DNA of 64,000 nucleotides from the human T2T-CHM13v2.0 reference genome, Homo sapiens, in NCBI RefSeq assembly GCF_009914755.1, contig NC_060932.1; one strand, given 5' to 3'. This document shows positions 13,245 through 26,529 of the stretch, one piece after another. The notes under the pieces were generated by a model. It was not told where the DNA came from, ran no database searches, and worked only from the letters and a program-made list of their open reading frames with translations. The translations under genes were made by a program, and so were the position numbers. Numbering within the stretch: position 1 is the stretch's first letter; each line of letters begins with the position of its first letter.

Positions 13245-14495
13245 GAAAGGGTTCCTTATTCAATCCATGGTACTGGGAGAACTGGCAGGACGTGTGCAGA
13301 AACTGGACCCCTTTCTTCCACCATATGCCAAAATTAATTCAAGATGCATTGAAGACTTTAAAACCCAAAACTATAAAAATCCCAGAAGAAAACCTAGGCA
13401 GTACCATTCTGGACATGGGAACTGGCAAAGATTTCATGACAGAGACACCAAAAGCAATGGCAACAAAAGCAAAAATTGACAAATGGGATTTAATTAAACT
13501 AAGGAGCTTCTGCACAACAAAAGAAACTAGCATCAGAGCAAACAGGCAACCTACAGAATGGGAGAAAATTTTTGCAAATTATGCATCCCACAAAGGTCTA
13601 ATATCTGGCATCTATGAGGAATTTAAACACATTTGTAAGAAAAAAACCATTAAAAAGCGGACAAACAACAGGAACAGACACTTTTCAAAAGAAGACATAT
13701 GTGCAGCCAGCAGTCGTTTGAAGAAAAGCTCAACATCACTGACCATTAAAGAAATGCAAATCAAAACCACCATGAGATGCCGTCTCACAGCAGTCAGAAT
13801 GGCGGTTATTAAAAAGTGAAAACATAACAGATGCTGGTGAGGTTGTGGAGAGAAAGAAATGCTTACACACTGTTAGCTGGGAGTGTAAAGTAATTCAGCC
13901 ACTGTGGAAGACAGTGTGGTGGTTCCTTGGAGACCTAAAGACAAACACCATTGGACTCAGCAATGCCATTAGTGGGTATAGACCCAAAGGAATAGAAACC
14001 CTTCTGTGACATGCACAGACACACATGCACATGTGTGTTCACTGCAGCACAGTTCACAATAGCAGAGACGTGGAATCAACCTAAATGCCATCAATGGTAG
14101 ATTGGATAAAGAAAATGTGGTATATGTACACCATGGAATACTATGCAGACATAAAAAAGAATGAAATCATGTCTTTTGCAGGGATATGGATGGAGCTGGA
14201 GGCCATTATCCCTAGCAAACTAGTGCAGGAACAGATAACCAAATACTGCATGTTCTCACCTGTAAGTAGGAGCTAAATGATGAGAACTCACGGACACATA
14301 GAGGGGAACAACACACACTGGGACCTGTGGGAGGAGGAGGGTGGGAGGAGGGAGAGGATCAGGAAAGTAACTAATTGATAGTAGGCTTAATACTTGGGTG
14401 ATGAAATAATCTGTACAACAAATCCCCATGACACAAGTTTACCTATGAAAGACACCTGCGCATGGACCCCTGAATGTAAAATCAAAGTTAAAAAA
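13245..14495 (+). mobile_element. 5'-truncated L1PA (older primate, about L1PA13-16), ORF2 C-terminal remnant plus 3'UTR
   Basis: ORF 13208-13819 reads [32 protein letters not shown] (L1 ORF2); ORF 14085 reads WIKKMWYMYTMEYY; 3'UTR GGGAGAGGATCAGGAAA...GGGTGATGAAATAATCTGTACAACAAA. Confidence 0.95.
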
Positions 14496-15167
14496 TGAGA
14501 TACATATCAAATAAGTTTTCAAATATTCTCCTTTTGTTTGAAAAATAAGCGTGTTTCATATCCCCCAGCATTTTTCAACAGAGACGTGCAGTCCTTTTGG
14601 CATACTTTCTTTTTGCAGTACATTTAATTTTATTAGATCTTACCCAGAAATTATTCATAGCCAAATTGTTATTGAACGTTAGCTTCATAAATCACTCCTC
14701 TCTGAAACACATATAGGCGTATTTAATGGAATACCCACATCAGCAGTTCTGCCTACAGTATGGGCTGGATGAGTTAGTTGAAGCCATGTCTCAAAAAAAT
14801 CAGAGATGGGAAGGAGATGACTGTGGCTGACCCCGTACAAAAGTTAGTTCTGTGTCGTTTTCCCCATAATCTTTGCAGGTAAATATGAACTTGTGGGCTG
14901 TCTTGACCAGAGGGGCTCCTAGGGAAACAGAGATGAGCCCCTGACCCTCTGGTGTCTCCCATCACTGCCCGCCCTTTTGGGCACGTTAGCAGGGTGTGCT
15001 AGCAGGTGTCATTTCCCAGCTGCAGTAGGAATGCTGTCCGCAGGGTCCCTCCATCTGCAGGCCCTGGCACATTGCCTACAGAACATGGACCTGTAGCTTA
15101 TGGGAGCTGAAATCAGTTCATGCACTGTGGGATTCTAGCCTGCGGGTGAAGCAATTGAGGTCTGAGG

Positions 15168-15495
15168 TTTTGTTTTGTTGTGTTTGTTTTGATTTGTTTT
15201 GCTTTGTTTTATTTTTTGAGACGGCATCTCTCTCTGTCACCCGGGCTGGAGTGCAATGGTGTGATCTCAGGTCACTGCAGCCTCGACCTTCTGGGCTGAG
15301 GTGATTCTCTCACCTCAGCTTCCCAGGTAGCTGGGGCAACAGGCAGGTGCCCCTACCCCCAGCTGATTTTTCTGTACAGATGGGGTTTTACCATGTTGCT
15401 TCCCCAGGCTGGTCTCAATACCTGGTCTCAAGCAATCGGCCCACCTCAGCCTCCCAAAGTGCTGGGATTACAGGTGTGAGCCACCGCACCTGGCC
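15168..15495 (-). mobile_element. AluJ-like SINE inserted into a MIR remnant
   Basis: CACTGCAGCCTCGACCTTCTGGGCT and CTCAAGCAATC (J-type); TGAGGTTTT on both flanks; flanks resemble reverse MIR (AAGTGACTTG...GGCAGAGACTGGATT). Confidence 0.9.
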
Positions 15496-15711
15496 AGGTT
15501 GTGAGGTTTTAAGTGACTTGTTTCAGGCAGAGACTGGATTGCAAACCTCCCAACCTCACATATTATTTCCAGCAATTTAGTGCATTGCTGGGTCCCACAG
15601 ATGATGCGTTTAATTTGTGATGTATGGCAGGTCTTCCGATTTTAAGTTACATGTAATACATTGTAGTGTACATAGTGTTGACCCACTCTGTTGTTATTGA
15701 ATGGTACCGAG

Positions 15712-15795
15712 CACAGTTCAGCTAACTTTTTCTGTGAAGGGCCAAGTAGTTAATAGTTTGGGTTTGTGGGCCGTGCGGCCTCAGTCGCATCTGCT
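15712..15795 (+). mobile_element. MER58-like hAT-Charlie fragment
   Basis: AACTTTTTCTGTGAAGGGCCAAGTAGTTAATAGTTTGGGTTTGTGGGCC matches the MER58 end as I recall it. Confidence 0.75.
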
Positions 15796-16374
15796 GTACA
15801 TTTGTGGTAGGGTAAGTTTCGATTCCTGACAGGTACAAGTGCCAAAGGCTGGCTGTGCACCGTGCTGGCATTTCAGCAAGTGCGTTATCACATGCGAATG
15901 CTGAATTTTCTGTTATTTCTCATCCCTAACTTTATATTCCTCTCTTAACATTAATTGAAAATGACTAAGCAGAACTTCAAAACGAAAATTAACAAGCTTG
16001 TGAAATGCGGTGTGTGTGTTGAAGTGCCGGAAAGACTCATGTGGTGCCTATTTGTCATTTCTCCTGTGATTTAGCGCTGTATTTCTAAGTTCCAAGTCAC
16101 AATTCTTTCCCTTACCTTTTGCTTTCCTTCTAAACTGCTTTCTGCCGTCTTTGCCGTGAGACCAGGTGCCAGGCACCAGCTGTTTCTCTTTTTCCGTAAT
16201 TGTAGCCTCTGGCACATGGTCGTGCATGGGTGCGGGGTGCTGGGAGCACAGAGATTATTGAGAAATCTGTTCTTGCCACATTAATTTCTGTACTTTTTGT
16301 TCATATTTTCACAAACCGGAGACACAAACACTGGCCAGTCCTTAGTAGATGGTGCTTAATTATTCACCAAGCGT

Positions 16375-16867
16375 GCAGAAGTCCCCAAGACCACCTGGAG
16401 GCTCAGGATATGCCAGAAGGACACAGAAAAGCAGTGTGCATGGTTATGGTCTAGCACAGCAAAAGGGCACCGATTAAGTCCGCCACGGTGAGAGGTGCGC
16501 AGGGCAGGGCTCAGGACAGACCAGGCCTGAGCCTCCAGGTGTCTCTCCCGTGGAGTCACACAGGCAGTGCTTAATGTCCCACCGGTGACATACATAGGAC
16601 AAGACTCACAGACACGGCCAACCGGAGTTGCCCACGAGCCTGTGTCCTGGGGTTTTCTTGGGGTCCATCATGTAGGCTTGGGGTGCCCAAGTGACTGAGC
16701 CTAGATGCCTGGTCTCCAGCTCCCTCAGAGGGAAAACTGGCACCACATGGCCCAGGGCCCAGGTAAGCAAAGACTCTCTCAGGCTGGAAGCCCCAAAGGC
16801 CAACAGGTTACCCCAGAGGCGCTGGTCAAAACCAGAACTTTCTTGGAAATATTAACCCTTTACTGCA
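16375..16867. mobile_element. MER21-family (ERVL) LTR remnant
   Basis: GTCCCCAAGACCACC...CTCTCCCGTGGAGTCACACAGGCAGTGCTTAAT...TTAACCCTTTACTGCA. Confidence 0.75.
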
Positions 16868-17331
16868 TGCCAAGTAAATGCACGTCCTGTTTTTCCTTGA
16901 TAAAAACAGGGAAATGGTTCCGCAGTCAACTTTTGGAGCAGTTTGCATCTGGGGGGTCGTGGGGGGTGTTAGAGGCTCCGATGTGCACGACAGTGGAACG
17001 GAGGCCTCTCCAAGAGGCGGGGGCAGTGCTGTGGGCTTCACGCCTGCTGTGGCACGAGATCCTCCCTGCACGTCCACCCGTGACAGAGCAGATGATGCTC
17101 CAATTCCAGGGAGTAGGGGGAGCTCAGCCCTCTCACGCTTCTCACGGGTGCGAGCTCCCTGCCAGGTGAGGTATATCAGGGCTTTCCCTCCTGGCCGAGG
17201 GCAGGTGTACAGAGAAACATGGCGGACAGAGGAGACCTGCATTTACCAACGTCCTATTCACAGATGTTTCCGGTTCATTCACAGAATAAACAGGTCCTGT
17301 CTTTACAGTAATGGAGTAATGCCTGCAAATG

Positions 17332-17470
17332 TCGTACTCGGGGCCCTGTCGTGGGTCCATGTATTCGGGGCCCTGTCGTGGGTCCGTGTACTCGGGGCCC
17401 TGTCGTGGGTCTTTGTACTCGGGGCGCTGTCGTGGGTCCGTGTACTCGGGGCCCTGTCGTGGGGCCTGTG
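17332..17470. repeat. Minisatellite, 28-bp unit, about 5 copies
   Basis: GTACTCGGGGCCCTGTCGTGGGTCCGT repeated. Confidence 0.93.
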
Positions 17471-17704
17471 CCGTGTAGAATCTGTAGCTGCACACTTCGC
17501 CCAGTCTCCCCTCGAGCTACGTGCCCAGGCATTGTGGGTGGCTGGCGGGTCTGTGCAGACAACAGCCTTCAGGGTGCCACCTGCATTGCCCTCACACCTC
17601 GCACATGGCCGGGACACAGCTGTGAATCCTCCAGAGAGGTCTAGTGTCACTTTCTCTGAGCAGCTGCTCTCCAGATTAGGTGGCCATGTGGGTAAAAGTC
17701 GGGA

Positions 17705-17810
17705 CTCAGACTCACCTGTTTGACATTAGTTACTGAAGCACTTTGTGCCTCAGTTTCCCTATCTGTAAAATCGGAATATTCACATTTTCTCCATAAGGAT
17801 GTCACAGAGA
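17705..17810 (+). mobile_element. MIR core fragment
   Basis: TTTGTGCCTCAGTTTCCCTATCTGTAAAATCGGAATA. Confidence 0.75.
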
Positions 17811-18944
17811 TTCTATGGAGTAATTCCTATGATAGACTAAGAGTGCATGTACCTCTGTGTTCAGGAAAACCCGGCACTGGTCTATCTGCTACATCCTAAC
17901 GCTGGGCTCCACTCATTCTCCACTCAGTCTCCCGCGCTCCTCCGTAACCCCACACTGGTCTATCCGCTACATCTTAACGCTGTGCTCGGCTCCATTTTCT
18001 GCACTCCTCCTTGGGGATCACTGGTAACTGAGGCATCTGTGCAGGACTGGGCGTGTGTCTGACTCACAGCAGGTACAGAACACATGTTTGTTGAACTAAT
18101 GAATGAGAGACTGGACTATGAAGGCTGGCCTCCCTCCTGGACCGAAATATTCCACTTCCGGTCAAAGGACAGGGTCTTGGTGAAGAGGACTCAACATCAC
18201 CAGGCACTACCAGAGGGCTAGACCGCCAGTTAATCACTTTCAATAAAAGTCCTTCCAAATTTGATATTGGGACCATTCATCTTTCAGAGGAATCATTTGA
18301 AAGCTCAGTTATCTGGCCCTTTGCAAAGTTCATGACTCGGGAACAATTAGCTTAGCTGCTTATATAAATGACATAATTCGGTTTTGGTACAGTGTTGAGA
18401 CCAAGGAAATTCATTAGGGCCCAGTACATTTTCTGTGAAGTAGAGTTCTGAGGAGCACTACTGTATCCTCTGCTGAAGGTGCAGGCTCAGTTCCTTCAGG
18501 GCAGAGTGTGCGGTCTGTTTCTCTGCTTAAGATGGAGGTTCAGTTCCTTCAGAGCAGAGTGTGCGGTTGTTCTGTTTCTCTTCGCCAAACACACTTGTTA
18601 GATTTCTTTCCTCTGCTGTTGAGAATAAGTACACTGCATGTAGTTTCCCCCATTTTGCCCGAGTTGCCAAATCTAAATAAACTACGTCTATGACAAAATA
18701 AACAAATGATTTCACTCTCTCTCCCTTTGTTGAAAATAGTTTTTGATATTACTTGGCATAAGTTTTTCTGTTGTACACATTTTAATCTGATAAGCCATCT
18801 TTATTGTCTTAAGAAAACACATTGTGTGGATGTAATTCCTTGGTTGTCATAGTCCTTCATGTGTGTTAACACGTCTGATCAGTGCACAGCAGCCCTGAGG
18901 GATGGGCAGGACAGGGAATGACCCCACTTCAGGAAAATGCACAG

Positions 18945-19105
18945 AGGGTGGTGAAGGGCTCATGCTTTGGAATCAGACAGATGTTGTTTCAAACACAAGT
19001 TATTGAAACTTTCTAGGCTTTTTTTCTTTGATCAGTGTAATGATGCTTGTAACACCTACCTCAGCATTGTTGTAAAATTAACTGAGCGTGCTTAGAGTGC
19101 ACTGC
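18945..19105 (+). mobile_element. MIR fragment
   Basis: GGTGGTGAAGGGCTCATGCTTTGGAATCAGACAGA...ACCTACCTCAGCATTGTTGTAAAATTAA. Confidence 0.65.
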
Positions 19106-19303
19106 TTGTCATTATCGCTAGTGGTTGCCCTATAGGAAGGAAGCAAACTCGGGGACGTGAAGTGACTCCAGGCAGGAAAGACACAAGGCAGCGCTTAACT
19201 TCCGAGCCCTTGAGCTGCCCATAGAAACAGGGTCCAGACTCTGGCACCAGCTCCTGTGTCCAGTGCAGATGGGACAGGCTCAATGCCCACGCCATGGGCA
19301 CTG

Positions 19304-21985
19304 TGCTCATGGTGGCTGAGTGGAGGTTGAGTGCCCGGCAGAGCTGCATTTCCCTTATGGTGTCTGTGTGGAAGTCAAAAGCCCATACACGTCTGCACTG
19401 CTCTGATGGTAACTGTGTGGAGTTTGAGTTCCCATACAGAGCTGCATTGCACTCACGGTAGCTGTGTGGAGGTTGAGTTCCCCGTACACATCTGCATTGC
19501 TCTCATGGTAGCTGTGTGGATGTTGAGTTCCCATACACATCTGCATTGCTCTCATGGTAGCTGTGTGGAGGTTGCGTTCCCATACACATCTGCATTGCTC
19601 TCATGGCGGCTGTGTGGAGTTTGAGTTCCCATACAGAGCTGCATTGCACTCACGGTAGCTGTGTGGAGGTTGAGTTCCCTGTACACATCTGCATTGCTCT
19701 CATGGCAGCTATGTGGAGGTTGTGTTCCCATACACATCTGCATTGCTCTCATGATAGCTGTGTGGAGGTTGAGTTCCCATACAGAGCTGCATTGCACTCA
19801 TGGTAGCTGTGTGGGTGTTGAGTTCCCATACACATCTGCATTGCTCTCATGGTAGCTGTGTGGAGGTTGAGTTCTGAAACAGAGCTGCATTGCACTCACG
19901 GTAGCTGTGTGGAGGTTGAGTTCCCATACAGAGCTGCTTTAAACTCATGGTAGCTGTGTGGAGGTTGAGTTCTCATACAGAGCTGAATTGCACTCACGGT
20001 AGCTGTGTGGAGGTTGAGTTCCTATACAGAACTGCTTTGAACTCATGGTAGATGTGTGGAGGTTGCGTTCCCATACAGAGCTGCATTGCACTCATGGTAG
20101 CTGTGTGGAGGTTGAGTTCCCATACAGAGCTGCGTTGCACTCACGGTAGCTGTGTGGAGGTTGAGTTCCCATACACGTCTGCATTGCTCTCATGGTAGCT
20201 CTGTGGAAGTTGAGTTCCCATACAGAGCTGCATTGCACTCATGGTAGCTGTGTGGAGGTTGAGTTACCATACAGAGCTGCACTGCTCTCATGGTAACTGT
20301 GCGGAGGATGAGTTCCACACAGAGCTGAATTGCACTCATTGTAGCTATGTGGAGTTTGAGTTCCCACACAGAGCTGCATTGCTCTCATGGCGGCTGTGTG
20401 GAGGTTGCGTTCCTGTACAGAGCTGCATTGCTCTCATGGCGGCTGTGTGGAGGTAGAGTTCCTACACAGAGCTGCATTGCTCTAATGGTGGCTGTGTGTA
20501 GGTTGAGTTCCCACATAGAGCTACACTGCACTCACGGTAGCTGTGTGGAGGTTGAGTTCCCCCACAGAGCTGCATTGCTCTCATGGTAGCTGGGTGGAGG
20601 TTGAGTTCCCATACACATCTGCATTGCTCTCATGGTAGCTGTGTGGAGGTTCAGTTCCCATACCCATCTGCATTGCACTCATGGCAACTATGTGGAAGTT
20701 GAGTTCCCATACAGAGCTGCATTGCTCTCATGGGGGCTGTGTGTAGGTTCATTTCCCACATAGAGCTACATTGCACTCATGGTAGCTGTGCGGAGGTTTT
20801 GTTCCTACACAGAGCTACATTGCTGTCTTGGTAACTGTGTGGAGGTTGAGTTCCCATACAGAGCTGCTTTGCACTCATGGTAGCTGTGTGGAGGTTGAGT
20901 TCCCACACAGAGCTGCGCTGCTCTCATGGTAACTGTCTGGAGGCTGAGTTCCTATACAGAGCTGCGTTGCACTCATGGTAGCTGTGTGAAGGTTGAGTTC
21001 CCATACACAGCTACATTGCACTCATGGTAACTGTGTGGAGGTTGAGTTCCTATACAGAGCTACATTGCACTCATGTTAGCTGTGTGGAGATTGAGTTCCC
21101 ATACAGAGCTACATTGCACTCATGGTAGCTGTGTGGAGGTTGAGTTCCCATACAGAGCTACATTGCACTCATGGTAGCTGTGTGGAGATTGAGTTCCCAT
21201 ACAGAGCTACATTGCACTCATGGTAGCTGTGTGGAGGTTGAGTTCCCATACAGAGCTGCATTGCACTCATGGTAGCTGTGTGGAGGTTGAGTTCCCACAC
21301 AGAGCTGCGCTGCTCTCATGGTAACTGTCTGGAGGCTGAGTTCCTATACAGAGCTACATTGCTCTCGTGTTAGCTGTGTGGAGGTTGAGTTCCCATACAG
21401 AGCTACAGTGCACTCATGGTAGCTGTGTAGAGGTTGAGTTTCCACATAGAGCTGCATTGCACTCATGGTAGCTGTTTGGAGATTGAGTTCCTACACAGAG
21501 CTACATTGCACTCATGGTGGCTGTGTGGAGGTTGAGTTTCCACATAGAGCTGCATTGCACTCATGGTAGCTGTGTGGAGATTGAGTTCCTACACAGAGCT
21601 ACATTGCACTCATGGTAGCTGTGTGGAGGTTGAGTTCCCACACAGAGCTGCGCTGCTCTCATGGTAACTGTCTGGAGGCTGAGTTCCTATACAGAGTTAC
21701 ATTGCTCTCATGGTAACTGTGTGGAGGTTGAGTTCCCATACAGAGCTACATTGCACTCATGATAGCTGTTTGGAGATTGAGTTCCCACATAGAGCTGCAT
21801 TGCACTCGTGGTAGCTATGTGGAGGTTGAGTTCCCATTAACATCTGCATTGCACTCATGGTAGCTGTGTGGAGGTTGAGTTCCCACACAGAGCTGCATTG
21901 CTCTCATGGTGGCTGTGTGGAGGTTGAGTGCCCAGCAGAGCTGCATTGCTCTCATGGCCGCTGTGCGGAGGTTGAGTGCCCATGC
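19304..21985. repeat. Large minisatellite, 49-bp unit, about 55 copies
   Basis: CTCATGGTAGCTGTGTGGAGGTTGAGTTCCCATACAGAGCTGCATTGCA; period checked at 19502/19551; degenerate terminal units. Confidence 0.98.
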
Positions 21986-22496
21986 TCTGCTGTCTTACAC
22001 TCATGATGGCTTTGCAAAGGAGCCAACCCATTGTGTATGCGGTGGAGCGTGTTGATGGATTCAGCACCAGCCAGTATCAGTCCCCACCTCACGTTGGCTG
22101 CTTCCCCATCCATGTCCTGCTTGTGCCTTTGGAATCTTGTGGCATCATCTCAGGTTTGGATTTTGGATGTGACCTGGATTATATTGAAGAATGGTCACCA
22201 TGGTCTGTCGCCTTCCTTAGAGATATTTTTAAATATTCTTAGCATTCATTTATCTTTCTGGAACTCATGGTGAGATAAATTAGCTGCAGGGTGGAGATGC
22301 GGCCACTTGCTCCTGCCAAGTCACCTCAGCAGTGTGCTGCTCAGAGAGTGCTGCCGTTTTTAAGGGGCCAGCAAGCCCATCAGGTCTCTTTCCCTTCCCG
22401 TTCACCTAAACAGACACAGCTTTACAAAACACAGCTGTGTCGTACGCTCACATTAAATATTAAAATGTGGTATTAATGTAGTTGAGATACTTAAAC

Positions 22497-22995
22497 TAGG
22501 TGTTTGAGGGGGCACTATCACGAGCCTCCCGCCGACATCCACACATGTCATGAGCCTCCCGCCCACATCCACACACAGGTAGGAAGGGGTGTTTGAGGGA
22601 GACTATCGTGAGCCTCGTGCCCACATCCACGCATGTCATGAGCCTGCCGCCCACATCCACACACAGGTAGGAAGGGGGTTTGAGGGGAACTATCGTCAGC
22701 CTCCTGCCCACATCCACTCATGTCATGAGCCTCCCGCCCACATCCACACACAGGTAGAAAGGGGTGTTTGAGGGGGACTGTCGTGAGCCTCCCGCCCACA
22801 TCCACACACAGATAGGAAGGGGTGTTTGAGGGAGACTATCATGAGCCTCCTGCCCACATCCACGCATGTCATGAGCCTCCCGCCCACATCCACACACAGG
22901 TAGGAAGGGGTGTTTGAGGGAGACTATCATGAGCCTCCTGCCCACATCCACGCATGTCATGAGCCTCCCGCCCACATCCACACACAGGTAGGAAG
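22497..22995. repeat. Compound minisatellite, about 88-bp unit with internal 29-bp subrepeat
   Basis: AGGTAGGAAGGGGTGTTTGAGGGAGACTAT + 2x ATGAGCCTCCCGCCCACATCCAC; one unit lacks a subrepeat (about 59 bp). Confidence 0.93.
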
Positions 22996-23417
22996 AGGAA
23001 GGATGGTGTCTTTCCCCATTAGACCACTGGTGACTTTACAGAGAAGTGCAAACTCATCAGACACCTTGAATTGCTCTAACAACTTTTGTTGCTATATAAT
23101 AAATTCTGTACCTCAGTTACATTGTATAGACTGTTTATCTTTGTTTAATATTGAAAACAAACACATTTGCCTATATCTCTAGGCAGATTCTTACAAATAT
23201 GCTGTACTTTACAGAGGCTCTATTTTTTTTCAGCAACCAAAACAACACATATAACCTTACAACTAATATAAAGGGGAGCAAATTGATGACTTTAATATAG
23301 AAACCGTTTCGATATTAAACCATTTATAAGGTGCCAATAATTTATTCATATTTGTAAAATCAGCTGGTTATTAAACTGCAGGAAGAAATAAAAACATCCC
23401 CGACTACTTCATGCTCT

Positions 23418-25593
23418 TGTGGCGTGGAAAGGCCGCGCGGGTCCTGAGTGTGCGTGGAAAGGCCGTGCGGGTCCTGAGTGTGCGTGGAAAGGCCGTGCGG
23501 GTCCTGAGCATGTGTGGAACGGCCGTGCGGGTCCTGAGCGTGCGTGGAAAGGCCGTGCGGGTCCTGAGCGTGCGTGGAAAGGCCGTGCGGGTCCTGACAG
23601 TGTGTGGAAAGGCCGCGTGGGTCCTGACTGTGCGTGGAAAGGCCGCGCGGGTCCTGACTGTGCGTGGAAAGGCCGCGCGGGTCCTGAGTGTGCGTGGAAA
23701 GGCCGTGCGGGTCCTGACTGTGCGTGGAAAGGCCGCGCGGGTCCTGACTGTGCGTGGAAAGGCCGTGCGGGTCCTGACAGTGCGTGGAAAGGCCGTGCGG
23801 GTCCTGAGTGTGCGTGGAAAGGCCGCGCGGGTCCTGACTGTGCGTGGAAAGGCCGCGCGGGTCCTGACTGTGCGTGGAAAGGCCGTGCGGGTCCTGACTG
23901 TGCGTGGAAAGGCCGTGCGGGTCCTGAGTGTGCGTGGAAAGGCCGTGCGGGTCCTGAGTGTGCGTGGAAAGGCCGTGCGGGTCCTGAGTGTGTGTGGAAA
24001 GGCCGCGCGGGTCCTGAGCGTGCGTGGAAAGGCCGTGCGGGTCCTGAGTGTGCGTGGAAAGGCCATGCGGGTCCTGAGTGTGCGTGGAAAGGCCGTGCGG
24101 GTCCTGACAGTGTGTGGAAAGGCCGCGCGGGTCCTGACTGTGCGTGGAAAGGCCGTGCGGGTCCTGACTGTGTGTGGAAAGGCCGTGCGGGTCCTGAGTG
24201 TGTGTGGAAAGGCCGTGCGGGTCCTGAGTGTGCGTGGAAAGGCCGTGCGGGTCCTGACTGTGTGTGGAACGGCCGTGCGGGTCCTGACTGTGTGTGGAAA
24301 GGCCGTGCAGATCCTGAGTGTGTGTGGAAACACCGTGCGGGTCCTGACTGTGTGTGGAAAGGCCGTGCAGATCCTGAGTGTGTGTGGAAACACCGTGCGG
24401 GTCCTGACTGTGTGTGGAAAGGCCGTGCAGATCCTGAGTGTGTGTGGAAACACCGTGCGGGTCCTGACTGTGTGTGGAAAGGCCGTGCGGGTCCTGACTG
24501 TGTGTGGAACGGCCGTGCGGGTCCTGACTGTGTGTGGAAAGGCCGTGCGGGTCCTGAGTGTGTGTGGAAAGGCCGTGCGGGTCCTGAGTGTGGAACGGCC
24601 GTGCGGGTCCTGACTGTGTGTGGAAAGGCCGTGCGGGTCCTGAGTGTGTGTGGATAGGCTGTGCGGGTCCTGACTGTGTGTGGAAAGGCCGTGTGGGTCC
24701 TGACTGTGTGTGGAAAGGCCGTGCGGGTCCTGAGTGTGTGTGGATAGGCTGTGCGGGTCCTGACTGTGTGTGGAAAGGCCGTGTGGGTCCTGACTGTGTG
24801 TGGAAAGGACGTGCGGGTCCTGACTGTGTGTGGAAAGGACGTGCGCGTCCTGCGTGTGGCGTGGAAAGGCCGTGCGGGTCCTGAGTGTGCGTGGAAAGGC
24901 CGTGCGGGTCCTGACTGTGTGTGGAACGGCCGTGTGGGTCCTGACTGTGCGTGGAAAGGCCATGCGGGTCCTGAGTGTGTGTGGAAAGGCCGTGCGGGTC
25001 CTGACTATGTGTGGAAAGGCCGTGCGGGTCCTGACTGTGTGTGGAAAGGACGTGCGCGTCCTGCGTGTGGCGTGGAAAGGCCATGCGGGTCCTGAGTGTG
25101 CGTGGAAAGGCCGTGCAGGTCCTGACTGTGTTTGGAAAGGCCGTGCGGGTCCTGACTGTGGAAAGGCCGTGCGCGTCCTGACTGTGTGTGGAAAGGCCGT
25201 GCGGGTCCTGAGTGTGTGTGGAAACGCCGTGCGGGTCCTGACTGTGTGTGGAAAGGCCGTGCGGATCCTGACTGTGTGTGGAAAGGCCGTGCGGGTCCTG
25301 AGTGTGTGTGGAACGGCCGTGCGGGTCCTGACTGTGTGTGGAAAGGCCGTGCGGGTCCTGAGTGTGTGTGGAACGGCCGTGCGGGTCCTGACTGTGTGTG
25401 GAAAGGCCGTGCGGGTCCTGAGTGTGTGTGGATAGGCTGTGCGGGTCCTGACTGTGTGTGGAAAGGCCGTGCGGGTCCTGACTGTGTTTGGAAAGGCCGT
25501 GTGGGTCCTGATCGTGTGTGGAAAGGACGTGCGGGTCCTGAGCGTGTGTGTGGAAAGGCCGTGCGGGTCCTGAGTGTGTGTGGAAAGGCTGTG
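23418..25593. repeat. Large minisatellite, 30-bp unit, about 72 copies, CpG-rich
   Basis: TG(C/T)GTGGAAAGGCCGTGCGGGTCCTGA(G/C)TG repeated; source of the 400-757 aa periodic ORFs. Confidence 0.98.
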
Positions 25594-26529
25594 CTCCTCC
25601 TGTCCCCAGCGACTCCCCCTGGGGCTTCCTCATGGGGCCATCTCTTCCTCTCCCCAGCGACTCTCCCTGTACCTGCCCTTCCCTCCCCTTCCTGGGGTCA
25701 CCGCTGGGTCTCAGCTCTTATCACTTCCTAAAAACTCTTCCCACCCCAGACAGACGTCTTAAGTGCCACCATGACATTAATATTCTTAGAGTGTTTATTA
25801 TAATATCATTTTAATTCATCCAAGTTTGTAATAATTAGTAAGTATGTCAATTCCTGGAAGTTGGCCCATTTCTCTGAATAAGCTTTGAGGTAAAGACTCG
25901 AACCCTGACTGGGGCGTGGCTGGCCTTGTCCACGTTCCTTCTTTACATGACTTCTCTGCCCTGAGTTTTACAGCTCGCTGTGCCCTGCAAATGCATTTCT
26001 CCTGCCTTTCTGAGGTTGGTACTTTTCCAGCCTTGGATGCCACTCCCCAGCCCCTACCCAAGGTCTGCTCATCCCATAGTAAGTCATTCTCTGGAGACGC
26101 AGGAGATCCTGGAGGAAGGAGAGAGAAGGGCTGAGAGAGCCTGAGAATGGGGCCTCCGGTCTTCCAGCTCAGCCTGCCATTGGGGTGCTCTTTGACTGTT
26201 CCAGAGCTCTGAGTCCATACCCATGTGTAGACAGGATTGAAGGCAGATTTTGACTCAGCCGAAGGGAGAACCTGCTAGGATTCAGCAATGTCCTGAACTG
26301 GCATGAGCTGCCTTGAACAGCAAGAAACGACGAAGGACCCCCCCGAGGTCAGTGATCTGGAGGAGTTTGCAAATCCCTAAGGGTGTCCATTTGCTTCCCA
26401 CACCCACGTGTGCTGTTGATTTTCAGAGGCAGGTAAGGATGTCCTGCATTAGCTTCCTTCCATCTCAGCTCCCAGCACAGGGCTGTGTGTGCACAGGAGG
26501 CTTTCTCTAGACACATGTGAACAGAGGGA

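Noticed and set aside
13208-13819. 203-aa ORF similar to L1 ORF2p
   Set aside because: Decayed fragment of a 5'-truncated old L1PA; no EN/RT core, stops downstream; annotated as a mobile element
23360-25731. ORFs of 400-757 aa in several frames on both strands
   Set aside because: Translations of a 30-bp tandem repeat; open in multiple frames at once, with no domain or exon structure
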